Source: the human T2T-CHM13v2.0 reference genome, Homo sapiens
Assembly: GCF_009914755.1 (NCBI RefSeq)
Contig: NC_060945.1
Strand: one strand, 5' to 3'
DNA length: 64,000 nt
The translations under genes and the position numbers were made by a program. The notes below the pieces were generated by a model that was not told the origin of the DNA, did no database searches, and saw only the letters and a program-made list of their open reading frames with translations. The number at the start of each line of letters is the position of its first letter. The first letter of the stretch is position 1. Below are positions 1 through 15,267 of the stretch, piece after piece.

Positions 1-586
1 GGTTGGAACTGGTTGCCTGGAGTTATTCCCATTGCCAGAAGGTAGAGGCTTCAGGTTTGACCAAGACCAGGTTAACTTTTTGTGTGTGTGTGTGTGGCAA
101 TTTTAAGTGACTCAAGACTTCTTTTCTATGTGCTTAAGAGAGCAGTCTGGTTTGTGACCACATAGGAGATTTCACTCATTTATTCCTCCTTTCATTCTCT
201 CTGTACCTATGTATCCAGGGCCCGCTGTGGTCCAGGAACTGCTCTGGGTACTGAGAGGATAGCAATGAGCAAGACAAGGCCTTGCTCTCACAGAGCTTAC
301 ATTCTAATTGGTAATAATTAAATTAATGACATAATGTCAGCTGGCCATGAGTGCCACACAGCATTGTATGACGCACAGTGGTCAGGGAGCTAGTTTCTTT
401 TGGGTGATCAGAGAAGACCTCCTGAGCAAGATCTCTGTGCTCAGGATTGGAAACCCATGTGGCTGCAACATGTCAGTTGGGAAGAGGTTGGAGGTGAGAG
501 CAGACAAGCAGGCAGGAGCCAGGCCAGGGGGATCTTATAGGCCAAAGATTTTTCCAAGTGCAGTGAAAATCCACTGGAGGGTTTTA

Positions 587-1006
<420 letters not shown>

Positions 1007-1998
1007 TCACGGCCTCCACATTATGACAACTTAATCTGGGATGGTGGCCATAGAGACAGACATATTTTGGAAGTAATACCCATAGGATTTCCATGGTAAG
1101 GGACTGAGATGAATCTCCGATGACGCTGTAGTTTTTGACTTGAGTCACAGTATGGCTCAGGATAACATTTATGGCCCTGGGGAAGATGAAGAGCCGAACA
1201 GCCTCTAGAGGACTTGGGAAATCTCTAGCTTCTGCTTTGGCCATACTGGTTGTACAAGCTTGTTAGGCCACGTATGCATTTAAATCTTTGAGTGCAGAGC
1301 TCAGGGGAGAGGTTAGTACTGAAGATAGAAATTTAGTGTCACATAGAAAAAGATGGTAATTAAAGACAAGGGCTGAAGTCGCTGAGAAGGAAAGTAGGGG
1401 ACAGGACTCTGGTTGGAATAGGCTCTGAGGCATTTTGGGAAGAGGAGAATAGCTTGCAGAAGAGAATGGAAAGGCACTCTTATTGAGGTAGGAGGGAAAG
1501 CAGTAGGGGAGTCATGAGTGCCAAGGAAGAAAGTGCTGGAGAGGGAGGCTGCGGTCAAGTGCGCTAATGATGTGGAGAGGCCAGGGAACCCAGGAACAGT
1601 GGAGTGGTCTTTGGATCTGGCGGGATGGACGTTGTTGGTGAGTTTTGGTGGTGTGGTGGGAAGGGAAGCCCATTTGAGATGGGAAGTAAGAAAGTGGCGA
1701 AGGAGAGGACAGGTGATTCTTTCTAGAAGTCCTGAGAGAAAGAGAGCTGAGAAATGGGAAACTACTAGAAAGGGACATGGCACCAAAAGAAGTATAGTTT
1801 TGTTTTTCTTTGTTTGTTCTTTGAGGTGGTGGATATTAGGGAATGTTTTGATGTTGATGGAAATAGAACTATTAGGAAAAATTGGTGATGGAGGAAAGAA
1901 AGAGGATGGTTGTAGTCCAAAAGTCTTTGAGTAGGCTGAGGGAATGGGAGTTGGAGATGGCCCTTGATGGAACAGGGCTCCACAGCAACAGGGGGGAA

Positions 1999-2070
1999 GA
2001 AAGAGGGAGAGGCCCAGGTGTGTGGCAGAAATGGGAAAGAGGGAGAGGCCCAGGTATGTGGTGGAAATGG
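1999..2070. repeat. 36-bp tandem duplication (2 copies)
   Basis: gaaagagggagaggcccaggtgtgtggcagaaatgg followed by gaaagagggagaggcccaggtatgtggtggaaatgg. Confidence 0.9.
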
Positions 2071-3340
2071 TCGTGAGAAGATGCCAGTGTTCGGTCTGAT
2101 TGCTTCTATTTTCTCAACTAAGCATGAGACCATGTTGCTATCTAAGGGGGAGATGGTGTTGAAAGACTGAAGAGAGGGAAGAAAGTAGAAATCAAGAGTT
2201 TGGTGGGTTGGAAGATAAAAAGACTAAACATTTATATTAAATTCATATTACATCTGTGGATTTCGTTTCATTATAAGAAGAGACCCTGGGGTGAGACATG
2301 TGACAGGTACCCCCTGAAGGCAAGTGCACAAAACATCTAACACCCTCCGTGCCCCCTCTCCACTGGGCCACCACCTTCCTGGGTCATGGGTGCTCACTGT
2401 TCATGAGATGCTCCTTGTACCTGGTCAAGTATGTGTCAGACTGCACTCAAGGACAGAAACGCCACTGTGCCATTCTACCTTTCAATGTGGTAGTGGAGGA
2501 CACCTTGCCTGGCTGGCACAGGAACTCAAAGTACCCACACTGAGCCTCTTCAATGTCGGGGATGAGAAATCCAGCCACAGGTGAGGCTTTTGCTAATTCA
2601 TCCACCAAACCCAGGATGTGACTCCATGCAGCTGTATTGGAACCCAGCCCCGCCTTGCCCTGCTGGGCCTGGTTTGTGGGTGGCCCCTCAAGCTGCCTTC
2701 CCTTTCATTTGTAGTCATGACCCATCTGTTGTTGGCTTAACAGATATGATCTCTCTCTTCCCCTAGCCTTGGGGGTATGGGGTAACACAGGGTCTGCAGG
2801 CCATGCTGAACATGCTGAGGTCCCTTTGGGGGAACAAAAAGAAATTCTGCTGGAGGGACCAGGAAAGTGCTTGAAAATCTCTCTTGACCCATCCGTGTCG
2901 GACCTCACGAATCCTTAACATCATCTAGGGGGATCACGAACCAGCAGCATATTTGTTCCCCTGAGGTTGTACACCTTTTCCAACTTTGTTTGAGGAAACA
3001 TAAAGTACATATTACTGAGTATGTTAAGCAAACAAAGCCCTGCTTTTTATCACTACTTTAGCTTTCCAAGTTGTATTAAACATACTTAATTTTGGGCCAA
3101 TGCGAATGGAGCCTTAGTCTATTTTAGACTCAGTCTCTACAGTCTAGCCATCTCAGCTATCCCCTATTGTACATTCTCCTCTAATCCCATTACTCATCAA
3201 GCCCTCCATTATCCGTCCGCTTTCACAGATTTCTATTAATATTTACACTATATAAAACATGCTTGAGGAAATGTAAAAGGAAATGTATTTACTTAGCAGA
3301 TGAATAATTAAAATCTTCCTAGGATGGCCTCAGTATGAGT

Positions 3341-3371
3341 CGTCGTCATCATCATCATCATCATCATCATC
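3341..3371. repeat. (CGT)2(CAT)8 microsatellite
   Basis: Read directly from the sequence. Confidence 0.95.
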
Positions 3372-3929
3372 TCCAAAAAGGGTCTTGTTGAGTGTTTTAC
3401 AGTGGAATGGAAACCCCAGCCGAGCTTAATTAGGCTGATCAAAGCCTATATCTTTTTATTATAGTGCTTTCTGGCAGGGAATTCAGAGTCAAAATTGATT
3501 TTTCCCTTTCAATGTTAAACTTTTTTTTTTCCTCCCTTAAGGGTTTGTCAGCTGGCCGCACTTTGGGTTACACTTGGTTGCACTTTGGGTTATACTTGGC
3601 ACGGCACCAGGGCATTTTGGATGGGGTTAACCCAGAGCTTCAACTGGCACAGTCACCTGATAACACTGAATTGGGTAGAACTGGAGGGTGGGAGCCTCTA
3701 GACTGCCCTTTCAAGGGACTCAATGCCAACTGTTATGCAAGACTGGATCATTCCTGCCTGCCTCCTGCAGTCAGGAAAGGGGAGCCCAGTGGAGAAGCCA
3801 TGGCCTGTAATCAAGAAATTATATATCATTGAGCCATAGTTGTCGGTGCATTAATGAACTCGAATCAATAACCACTATCTTGGAGCTCCTCAAACATGCC
3901 ATAGGATTTGTGTAGGCTCCTCTAGAGGG

Positions 3930-4420
3930 GCACTGGAGCAGATAGACTGGGGAAGGGGCAGCCCTGAGACTGCATCCTGGCTTCATCACTTCACCAGCTG
4001 GGTGACCTTGGCCAAGTTACTGTCTTCCCAACCCCCTTGCAAGAGCCAACTTCCTCATTTGTTAAATGGGAATGGTACCCACATTTCAGAATTGCTTTGA
4101 AGATTTAAAATAATCCATGCAAAACATCTAATAAGGTAATTGGCATCCATTAGGCATGAGATAAATGACAGCTATGAGAACAGTATGATTCACAGAATCA
4201 TAGTGTCACTCTCTTAATTGATTGAGCACCTACTACGCACCAGGCTCCACAGTGAAGGATGTGCATGATTATCTCGTGGAATCTTTTTGTAGGTACAAGT
4301 ATCATTCCCATTTTTCAGAATGGGGAAAAAAAGATTTTGTGAAGGTAAGGAATGTGATATACTCAATCACAGGGATAGTCAAGAGTGGAGACAGAGTTTG
4401 AATTCAGTCTGTCTGATCTC
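3930..4420. mobile_element. Two MIR fragments in opposite orientation
   Basis: MIR core 'ctgggtgaccttggccaagttac...ttcctcatttgttaaatggg' and reverse-type 'ttgagcacctactac...cccatttttcagaatgggga'. Confidence 0.65.
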
Positions 4421-4561
4421 AGTCTTCACCAGTGAAGAAAGAATTTAAAAGCTAGAGGAGAAGTTCTGCAAAGTAGCCAGCTGCAGATTCATTTCCTGGC
4501 AAGTCTAGTATGCTTGGCAGTATACAATGGCCAACTTGTCAAAATGTTAATGTGACATTTT

Positions 4562-4943
4562 ATATCAGGCAAGATAGGCTAGATTTTACCTTGGTGACAA
4601 GCAACCCAAATTTCAGTAGCTTAACCCAACATAAGGTTATTTCTCAGTCATCCTGTATATCACATGGGACTTGGCTTGAGGTCTACTCTTCAAAGCCAGT
4701 CAAGGGTCAGGAGGACAGAAGCTTCTCTGTGACATGTGCTTCCACGAGAGCCTTAGAAGTGGGAAGGGAACACACTTTGGCTTGTAAAGTTTCCACCAGA
4801 GGGATACTCACCTCTTAATGTTTCTATTGATGGGACTACTGTTCGCATAGCCCTGTTCAACAAGAATAGGGAAATGCAATCTAATACGTGTCTGAAAGGA
4901 TGAAAGCTGGGAATTTTTGGTGAACACGCTAATGACACCACAC
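4562..4943 (-). mobile_element. MaLR LTR (old MLT1 type)
   Basis: 'caagataggcta...gtgacaagcaacccaaatttcagtagcttaacccaacataaggttatttctc' matches the reverse MLT1 3' end. Confidence 0.65.
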
Positions 4944-5011
4944 ATTTCAAAACCTAACTCACAAAAAATTTTTCAGCTCAGCTTACTGGTTTTCAAAACC
5001 ATGAGGCGATC

Positions 5012-5346
5012 TGTGGTAAACTGAAATTGTTGCTCTCAATGATTTACTCGAAGCTCCTGTGAAAAAATTATATTTCCCCATTTTATTGACATTAGGCACT
5101 GCCATATGACTTGCTATGACTAACAAATTGTGAGCAGAAGCGAGTGTTTGGCCCTGTCTCTTGTTTTTCCCTGACTTAAGAACGGTGTGTCCTATGTAGG
5201 GGCTGCTCCTTCAGTCTGCATCTTGGAGAAAACAGGCTGTAAACAGCTGCGGCTGCCATGTAGTGCGAATGAGAAATAAACCACTGTTTTCAGCCTTTGG
5301 GGTTGTCTGTTACAGCAGCATAACTTAGCCAAAGCAGACTGATATA
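5012..5346 (+). mobile_element. MaLR LTR (MLT1I/J-like)
   Basis: tgtggta start, 'gagaaataaaccactg', ends 'gttacagcagcataacttagcc...gactgatata'. Confidence 0.7.
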
Positions 5347-6392
5347 GTATCTATCATTCTTTCTATGTAAACAGAGAATAATGAAATTGGCTACATAGAA
5401 ATTCACATTTACTGTCCACTTCGTTGAAGTATAGCTGTACTTTAAAGCAGATGTATCTATAAGAACTAACCATGAAAGTAAATATTATTTGGTTAACAGC
5501 ACAGAAATGCATTTTCTAAATTGGAACATCAGCTGATACCTCAGAATTCTTATGAAAAATCTAGGAGAGGAAATGGGAATATAGAAATCATATTGTTTTC
5601 AAATGTAAACGATTAGTCTTGTTCTCACTGAACAGTTGCCTCAGAAGACCTGGGAGTAATCTACATTCATGTCCACTTTTGGCAGAAATTGGAATGATGA
5701 GACGTTACTATCTATAGGAATGCAAAGTCCTTTCTGACTGAGTCCAGTGATTCTCATTAATTCAGATCCCATTGATTTGTCATTCATGGCAGGTAGCCGG
5801 GGCAGAGGCCAGGCTGGCTTTTACCCTTGCATTGTGCTTGTGCACTGTGTGGCCTGGTGCTCACAGGTTAACACTCGCTGTTTTGACTATTCAGAGTGGT
5901 TTTAGAGGGGAGTCATTTGTCATTCTATCACAGCACTAACTGCAAGGTCCCTGGGGACAATGAAGATGCTCGCTGGGACTGGGCCTCCCGACTGCCCGGC
6001 CTCCTGTCCCCGCAAAGCTTTACTCTTTCTTGTTTTTTGCCTGTGTGGTCTATAGAGGAAGAGATGATCTGCTCTAATGGAATTCAGAGGGTTGAAAGGT
6101 TACCCGTGAGTAGGTACCATTATTGTTCCCATTTTAGAGTTGAAGAAATGGAGACAGACAGAGGTTACGTAAGGCAGGGAAGGGAACAACTGTGGCTTGA
6201 ACCCAGGATGGCCTGATGCTGTAAATGACACAAAGGGGCACAGATGAACTGAGCTATAGCCAGAGAAGTTAATTTGGAAAAAGAAGCTTACTAAGTAATT
6301 AATATAACAAACAAGGTTATAAGTGGGTGGGTGTGCCACTGTGGAGCAAGGGCATGATTGACTGAAGCAGCAGCACCTCAGGCTGCTTAGCT

Positions 6393-6397
<5 letters not shown>

Positions 6398-6432
<35 letters not shown>

Positions 6433-6906
6433 CATGTGTATTCATGTGTGTGTATATTTGTGTGTGCATGTGTATGCACGTGCGTGCATGTATGTGTGTG
6501 TATACACGTATATGTATTTGTGTGTGCATGTGTATGCATGTGTGTGCATGTATGGGCATGTGTGTATACCTGTGTGTATGTGTATTTGTGTTGCATGTGT
6601 GTATATGTGTGTGTATTTACATGTGCATGTGTATACCTGTGTGTACGTGTATTTGTGCGTGTGTATTTACATGTGCACGTGTATGCATGTGTGTATGTGT
6701 ATGCATGTGTGTATGTGTGTGCATATGTGTATGCATGTGTGTATGTGTGCATGTGTATATATGTGTCTATGTACTTGTGTGTATGTGTATGCATGTGTGT
6801 GTACATGTATGTATACGTGTGTATTTGTGTGTGCATGTGTATGCACGTGTGTGTATGTGTGTAGGAGTGTGTGTGTGTGGGGAGTATCTGTGCATGTGTG
6901 TGTGTG
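6398..6906. repeat. ~510-bp degenerate (TG)n/(TA)/(CA) low-complexity tract
   Basis: Perfect (TG)n start, then variants of tgtgtatgcatg; source of spurious H/T and C/V-rich ORFs. Confidence 0.95.
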
Positions 6907-8364
6907 AATAATTTACATAGCTTTCCCCAGTGATCCTCTTCCGGTCATTAGAAATTGTTGAGTAAAACTGCTTTGCTGGCAACCTGCTGTCCGCACTTGT
7001 ATTACTGAATGCCCTAGGAAATAATAAAACTCTATTTGTTTAAGGATATGCTAATTAGAGACTTCACACGATTTGACATTCATCTCCTAATTTGGATGAT
7101 GCTGTTCCTTTGGAAGATGAGTATTGACTTTAGAGTTTGGGTCTGAGCTAAATTTAGATGCTAGTCCAATTTTGTCCAATGGCTTTGAATTCCACATTGT
7201 ATATACTGAGAGATCATCACTCACTTCTATTGAGCATCTAATTTAGTGGCTTCTTATGGCCCATTTGGAGAAGGAAGAACAATGGATTTTCTGGTATTGG
7301 TGAACAATGAACAATTTTTGCCTTTTTCAATCACAGTAATATATGGTGACCTTGACTCCTTGTCTTCTAAAGTATGGGAAATGTTTAGTGGAGTTATAAT
7401 GCTAGGTTTCTTACAGTAGCCTGCCTTTTGGAAGGAGTGGTAGAAAAGTTAAGACTCTATGTGTGCACCATAGCATCCAAAATCCAATTGTTAAGACATC
7501 TGATGAACCAGAACACAGTGTCCCCAAGCTGTGGAGGATTATAGAGAGTTTACCATATTTGGGGAGCAGTTGTCACCAGTTTTTACCCAGCCAGCCAATG
7601 ATACTACTGGGATATATTATAATGAGATAGACATATTGGAAGGAAGCCCTGAATAAATGAGCTACACTTAATGCTCAAAAAGAAAGGAGAGCTGGATTTC
7701 TTGATTTACGGGTGGCAGATTTTGACCTAGGAAAAACATATTCATATGTCTTTAAATTGAAAAAAATCACTCCTTATAGAGATTCTCCAGGAAGATGCCT
7801 CTATGAAGAGTTTTACCCAAGTTCTTAGCATTTCAGAGCTCACCAATTAACTCTTTTCCCAGGCTGGGTGGTTGGGGTTATAACTCTTAAGATAAAAAAT
7901 GGTAAAATTGGAGATAATGGCTTGGCAATGGAGGGATCAGCAGTAAATTATCAAAAGGAGAAAAATAAGATTTGAAAAATGTAGCAGCTATGAAATATCA
8001 TTACTAGAAACAGTTTAAGAGCATGGTGATGCTTACCCTCAGCAGTCTTATCTTTTCAAAGGCTGCAATCTCATATTCTCCCCTGCTAGGGTAGATTGGC
8101 ATTTTTGATTACAGTAAAGAAAAATGTGCCTGGAAATCAGACCTGACAGAACATCATGTTCTTCCAGGGGTATTTTTGTAGACAATGCTTATTTAATTTT
8201 GATTTCAGAATTGTTTTGTGGTACATCTCATTCTGATACATGGTTGTTTAAAATTCATGTCAATGTCTACGTAATTTAAAAATGAATTGATAACATTTGG
8301 AAACAGAAGAACCTTAAAGGAAAGGAAGAACTAATGGTGAGAGAAAAGAATTGAGGGCACATTA

Positions 8365-8778
<414 letters not shown>

Positions 8779-9239
8779 TCATGGTGCAAAGGGCACTGAA
8801 CACAGAGTGCCCGACAACACCATTGGTGGCTGTGGCTTTCAAGGTCCTGCCCTGCTAGTGGCTATTTGACCTTAGCCAAGTCACGGGTCTTGTTGAGGTT
8901 CCATTTCTTCATCTGTGAAATGGGCAAAGATTCCCTCCAACTCAAAAATTTTATGATCTGTGGTGTGATTTATGTGACTAAAATTCTCTGCCTGGGAATA
9001 ACTATACTAGTGACAGAACTGAGCTTTTCTGTGGTGAAGGATGGGTGATGGGTTGCCTTCACCTATTTCCAGTGAACACTGGCTGTCCTCCTTGTTAACT
9101 CCCAGATGGCAACTTCCGATTAATTGGCCTTGCCTCCTTGTCTATAAAGTGTTCTCTGGTGTGTTTCATCCTCCACTCTCCCCAGTGTTCTATGCAGTAT
9201 TTAAATCTTTCAGAAGTTATCTTCTTTAAGAAAAACTTA

Positions 9240-9690
9240 TTGGAAAAAAAAACAGATGGAAGAAGAAGTCATAGATTAAGAGGCTTACAAGATATCTCAA
9301 CCAATCACCATGTGTTAACCTTATTTGTATCCTGATTCAAACAAGCTGATTGTAAATACAAAAAACTGTGACATGTAAGAGACGATTGGAAGTTTGAACA
9401 CTTGGTAGATGTTGGATCTTAATTTATTGGTCATTATTTTAGGTGTCATAATGGTATGATAGGTATGTTTTTAAAAGAATCCTTATCTTTTAGGGGCACA
9501 TACCGAAATATTTGCAGATGAGGATGATGTGATTCTGGTGGGCAGCCAATGAGTGGGGATACAGAGGAAGCAAGTTTGACCCTGAATTGATAATCACTGG
9601 AGCAGAATGACGGGGACACAGAGGTTAGTGATACTACTGGGTCTGTTTTTGTGTAAGTCTGATAGGTTCCATCAAAAGAAGTGTAAAATA
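9240..9690 (+). mobile_element. Old L1 (L1MC/ME-like) 3' UTR fragment
   Basis: 'tagattaagaggcttacaagatatctcaacc', 'atccttatctttta', 'gaaatatttgcagatga' typical of L1M 3' ends. Confidence 0.6.
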
Positions 9691-11607
9691 ACCAAAAGGC
9701 TTAACGGGGACTCATCCTTGCCAGCACATTTGCCGAGGAGTGGGCAAGTGCTGCCTGTCGCAGTTGTATAATCGCTGGGGGTAAATGTGGAAGTTCGTCA
9801 ATCAGCAAGGCCGTAGTGGGGGCTGACTGGCAGCAAGCCCAGCGCTGCGTGGCTGTCATCTTGCCTCGAGGCCCATTTGCCCTCTATAAATAACAGTCTA
9901 TATGAATGCTTTACTATTTTAACACACATGGGCCACAGCTGCTGAGCACGTTTGTTTACGTAGCTATGAAACCTTCTGTAAACACCACTATCTCAAAATC
10001 GCCCATGTGTCAGGAACATAAACGGCCCCCTTTAAAAATATATCTGCAGATGAGACACAGCCAACTCCTAGATGTCTGAGTGGCTGGTGTCAGAATTTTC
10101 CAGGGTTTGATTCATTTTCAAAAATAGAACCACATGACTGGAAGGTTCTTGAAAGGTCGCCTGGCATGTCCCTCCTGACTTCAGGCGGGACCAGGCCAAA
10201 GCCATTCACAAAGGACTCGGGGCTGTTCTGCGTGGGCATGGGTCTGTCTTTTGTGCAGTCCCTTCAAGGCCATGAAAGGGGGGCTCGCTTCCAGCCTTCA
10301 AGGAGCCCACTTTCGTTTTCTAAAAATGGAACCTGACCCTGCAATGCGGCTGGCATTGGAAGGCAGTGCATCCACAGAGCACCACTCGCCTGCACCGGGC
10401 CTGAGCTCCCAGCAGACGGAAGGACCCAGGTGGCCTCCTGTGGGACAACTCCGGTCTCCGGAAAACACCACGCTGGGATCATCCTGTGCCCAGGATGCCT
10501 GCTTCCTAACAGGGAAGAGGGCACCGCGTGAAGGTGGCCATGTGGGCCTTCCCTCCTCCCTGGAAGAGGCCTGCTCGTGGAGACCACTGAGCACAGCAGG
10601 TTAAGGTCAACTGCGACATTGTTGAAAGAAGTGATGAGCGCAGGGGAAGCTGTTTTGTGTCAGCTTGCTATTATCACGGCTCCTGATTTCCAGTCCAGCA
10701 CTACAATGAATAATTAGATCCCTGTGAATTTGTTTTCCTCGAGTGTGCATTTGGTCCACATTTTTTTTTCCTGTGGTTTTGAGAGATTGAAGCATTTTTC
10801 TCCCCTAAGGGCCTGTTTAATGCCCATAAATCCTAATTGAGCTTTTCATTCACAAAGAAACAGTATCCTGCTGAAGCGTAAGAGAGCAGCTGTGCTGGGG
10901 GTACTGAGTTGTATGATTCCCCTGAGGAAAAGACCAAGACACTTCCAGTTTCCAGACACCTCCAGAACTTTCTAGAACCCCCCCCCCAAGTCTAGAAATT
11001 AGAAGACTATTTTTTAAAAGAAAATGAGTAGCAGTTGCCTTTTCCCAGGGATGGGGTGAGCGTTTGGATTGATTTTGCTGGTAATTACTCAGATTTCTCT
11101 ATGAAAGCTGTAGAAAGGCCATAGGGTGCTCAGAGGCAAGTATCACTGTTAATTACCAAGAAAACCATATTCCTCCCTTTGGAAAGGCTCACTCATTACC
11201 AGCTGTCATCAGAAAGCCAGGGCCTGCCCCAGGGAGAATTCTGACTCAGGGACATCACAAAGATAATTTGCTTATTCCAGATTCATTTATTTTACAGAGA
11301 TTGGGCTCTGGTTTGAGGGAACACAAAGCTTAACTCCCACAATTTAAAGCTCAGACTAGCATCAGTCACCAGAGGGTACGTCTCCAGTGGTTTTTGCTTC
11401 TTGAGCTTGGAGACACTGCCCTCTCTCATGTCCTCTTGGGGGAATTTATGGTGAAAAGGGAAAAGAAAAACTGCATCCTGAGTGGTCAGTTCATAGTGTC
11501 AGAGGCTGTAGCTCTGTGGCCGCTAGGGGGATCCAGAGTCCCTGTGCTCAGCTGAGGTTGGGGAAGTTTCTGGTCTGTAGGAAAGTGACAGCTCCCTGTT
11601 TGAATTA

Positions 11608-12132
11608 TTTCTCTTTCCTCCCTCCTCCCCAGCCTCCCCTCCTCCTCTCTCCCTCCTCCCTTTCTCTTCCCTCCCTCCTCCCCTTCTCCTCCTCTCCTTC
11701 CTCCCTTTCTCTTCCCTCCCTCCTCCTCCCTCCCTCCTCCCCTTCTCCTCCTCTCCTTCCTCCCTTTCTCTTCCCTCCCTCCTCCCCTCCTCCTCTCTCC
11801 CTCCTCTTCCCTCCCTCCTCCCCTTCTCCTCCTCTCCTTCCTCCCTTTCTCTTCCCTCCCTCCTCCTCCCTCCCTCCTCCCCTTCTCCTCCTCTCCTTCC
11901 TCCCTTTCTCTTCCCTCCCTCCTCCCCTCCTCCTCTCTCCCTCCTCTTCCCTCCCTCCTCCCCTTCTCCTCCTCTCCTTCCTCCCTTTCTCTTCCCTCCC
12001 TCCTCCCCTTCTCCTCCTCTCCTTCCTCCCTTTCTCTTCCCTCCTTCCTCCCCTTCTCCTCCTCTCCTTCCTCCCTTTCTCTTCCCTCCTTCCTCCCCTT
12101 CTACTTCTCCCTTCTATCTCCCTTCCTCCTCC
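11608..12132. repeat. Polypyrimidine/polypurine tandem tract, ~45-bp unit
   Basis: No purine on + strand from 11633 to 12102; unit cccttctcctcctctccttcctccctttctcttccctcc(c/t)tcctc. Confidence 0.97.
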
Positions 12133-13484
12133 CCACCCAACTATTGCCACACAAATGCACCCCCAAATCAGGCTCAAGGTACAGATAGTCCTGTTAACAC
12201 CTGGAGCACTTATGTCTTATTTTGCAACAGTGACTTTTGTTATTCTTTAAAGCTACTTTCCGATTAGGTTCCTGTGCCTTTTGTTCTATGGAAAGGAGAC
12301 CGCTCCTACCATTGAGCTCCATGCAAAGCCCTTTACTCACGTTTTCACTGTTTGCTGCATTTAAAAACCCTATAGCAAAAGTTTCACACCACCACCGTAA
12401 AAGAAATTTGTGAGAGGTTGTGACCTTGCCTGTTGGGTACAGGGAGGTAGAAACATGGGACCCATGGCTTTTCCCTAAAAGGGATCACAGGATTAAGTTA
12501 CTTGTCACAGGTTGATGAAGAACATGGGGCCAGCCTGCTGGTCATGCAATTTCAGACAATATAAACCACCTGAATCTCAAGCTGAAGACTTAAAAGCGTA
12601 AAAGGGCTGATGGTATCAGGAAAAAGGACCCCAAAGACACTATTACTACCTCAAAGAACAATAAAGACCTTAATGAATTAGGGTTCTGGTTTATACTTTC
12701 CCCGTGAGGCACTATGGTTATCTTGAGTCCTAGCTGATGGCTCTGTTTTGGGGGATGTTACATACAAACATGGGCAGAACCTGCTTTGCTGTTGGGATGT
12801 GTAACGTGCAAATTTCAGACATGAGCGAAGACGTCAGTAAAAACAGACCATTTTCTCTATTTCCTGAACAGATCATCTTCCCTAAAACATCCCAATGATT
12901 AGCCATTAACAGCAGGAGGGCCGGTGGGATTAAGATGAATGGATCTTCAACTTTTTTCTTTTCTGCTAGAGTTATTTACTGTGTCTGCAGCTTTATACTT
13001 ACTGGGAGCTCAGCAGGTTGAATGTGGAGAGATACTAGGCACTCACTTCATACAAAAGAAAAACCAATGCTGTAGGCCTTATAAATGACTCTCAAAGAAT
13101 GGGTGAAATTGCATTTTTATTAAAGCAGTTTGTCAGGCTTCCTTTGAAAGGCTTAACTTCCTCCTTCTAACTTGGTAACAAATAACCTCAAGTATTTAAA
13201 TTAGCAATGTTTTAAGGCCATTTAAAACATGCTTTAGAGACAGATCAGAGTTTAATTTAGGTAAATATTTGGAGACTTAAAATATATTACATGGTGATTT
13301 TTCATTGTTCATTAATTTATTTTCCAAAGGGCTTTAAAAAACTAAATGGTTAGGCTTCTTGGTGGATATACTTCAGGTGAGACATGTAGGCATACTATGT
13401 CATGAAGCAAGGGGATGTTGTCAATATTGAGTGAGGTTCAGTATTCTAGATCTTGTAATAGATAAGAACATCAGGTCCAGTTTA

Positions 13485-14615
<1,131 letters not shown>

Positions 14616-14880
14616 CTAGTTGACTTGGACTTCTGTGCTCTTCGATCTAGTTTGTGTAAGTACTTCACCATCCTGCCCACCAGGACGGAGCTTATTGCTG
14701 CAAAATTGTGTCCCTGCCAGCAGGTTCTACTGAGTCAGCTCTCACAGAGGGATGCCTCCCAACTCTGAGATGCTGTGGCATGGGAGAGGCAGTAAGCTCT
14801 GATGAAGGAGTCCTCTTTAGATTCAGACAGGCTTAGCTCTACTACTTAGCAACTCTTAGTGGGCTCTTGGCCATGATATC

Positions 14881-15267
14881 TGTTATGGACTGTATTGTGT
14901 CCTCACCAAATCCATATGGGGCTTGAGCCCCAACCCCTAAGGTGACAGTATTGGGAGATAAGGCCTTTAAGGAGATAGTTAAAGGTTATATGAGGCCATA
15001 GGGTTGGGGCTCCAATCTAATAGGACTGGTATCCTTATGCGAAGAGGGAGAGACACCAGGGGTGCACACAAACAGAGGAAAAGCCATATGAGACACAGGG
15101 AGAAGGTGGCCATCTGCAAACCAAGGAGAGAGGGCTCCCAGAAACTAACCCTGCCAACACCTTGATCTTGAACTCCAGCCTCCAGAACGATGAGAAAATA
15201 AATGTCCATTGTTTAAGCCACCCATTCTGTGATATTTTATTATGGCAGCCTGAACTGACTTACAACA
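14881..15267 (+). mobile_element. MaLR LTR (MLT1A/A0-like) inserted into a MIR
   Basis: 'tgttatggactg...gaaggtggccatctgcaaaccaaggagagagg...ccagcctccagaac...gcagcctgaactgact'; MIR halves at ~14790-14880 and ~15270-15400. Confidence 0.85.

Noticed and set aside
6387-6911. Several 149-169-aa His/Thr or Cys/Val-rich ORFs
   Set aside because: Translations of TG/CA low-complexity DNA, open in many frames on both strands
11516-12250. 244-aa Pro/Leu/Ser and 190-aa Arg/Gly/Glu ORFs
   Set aside because: A pure pyrimidine/purine tract cannot contain stop codons; artefactual
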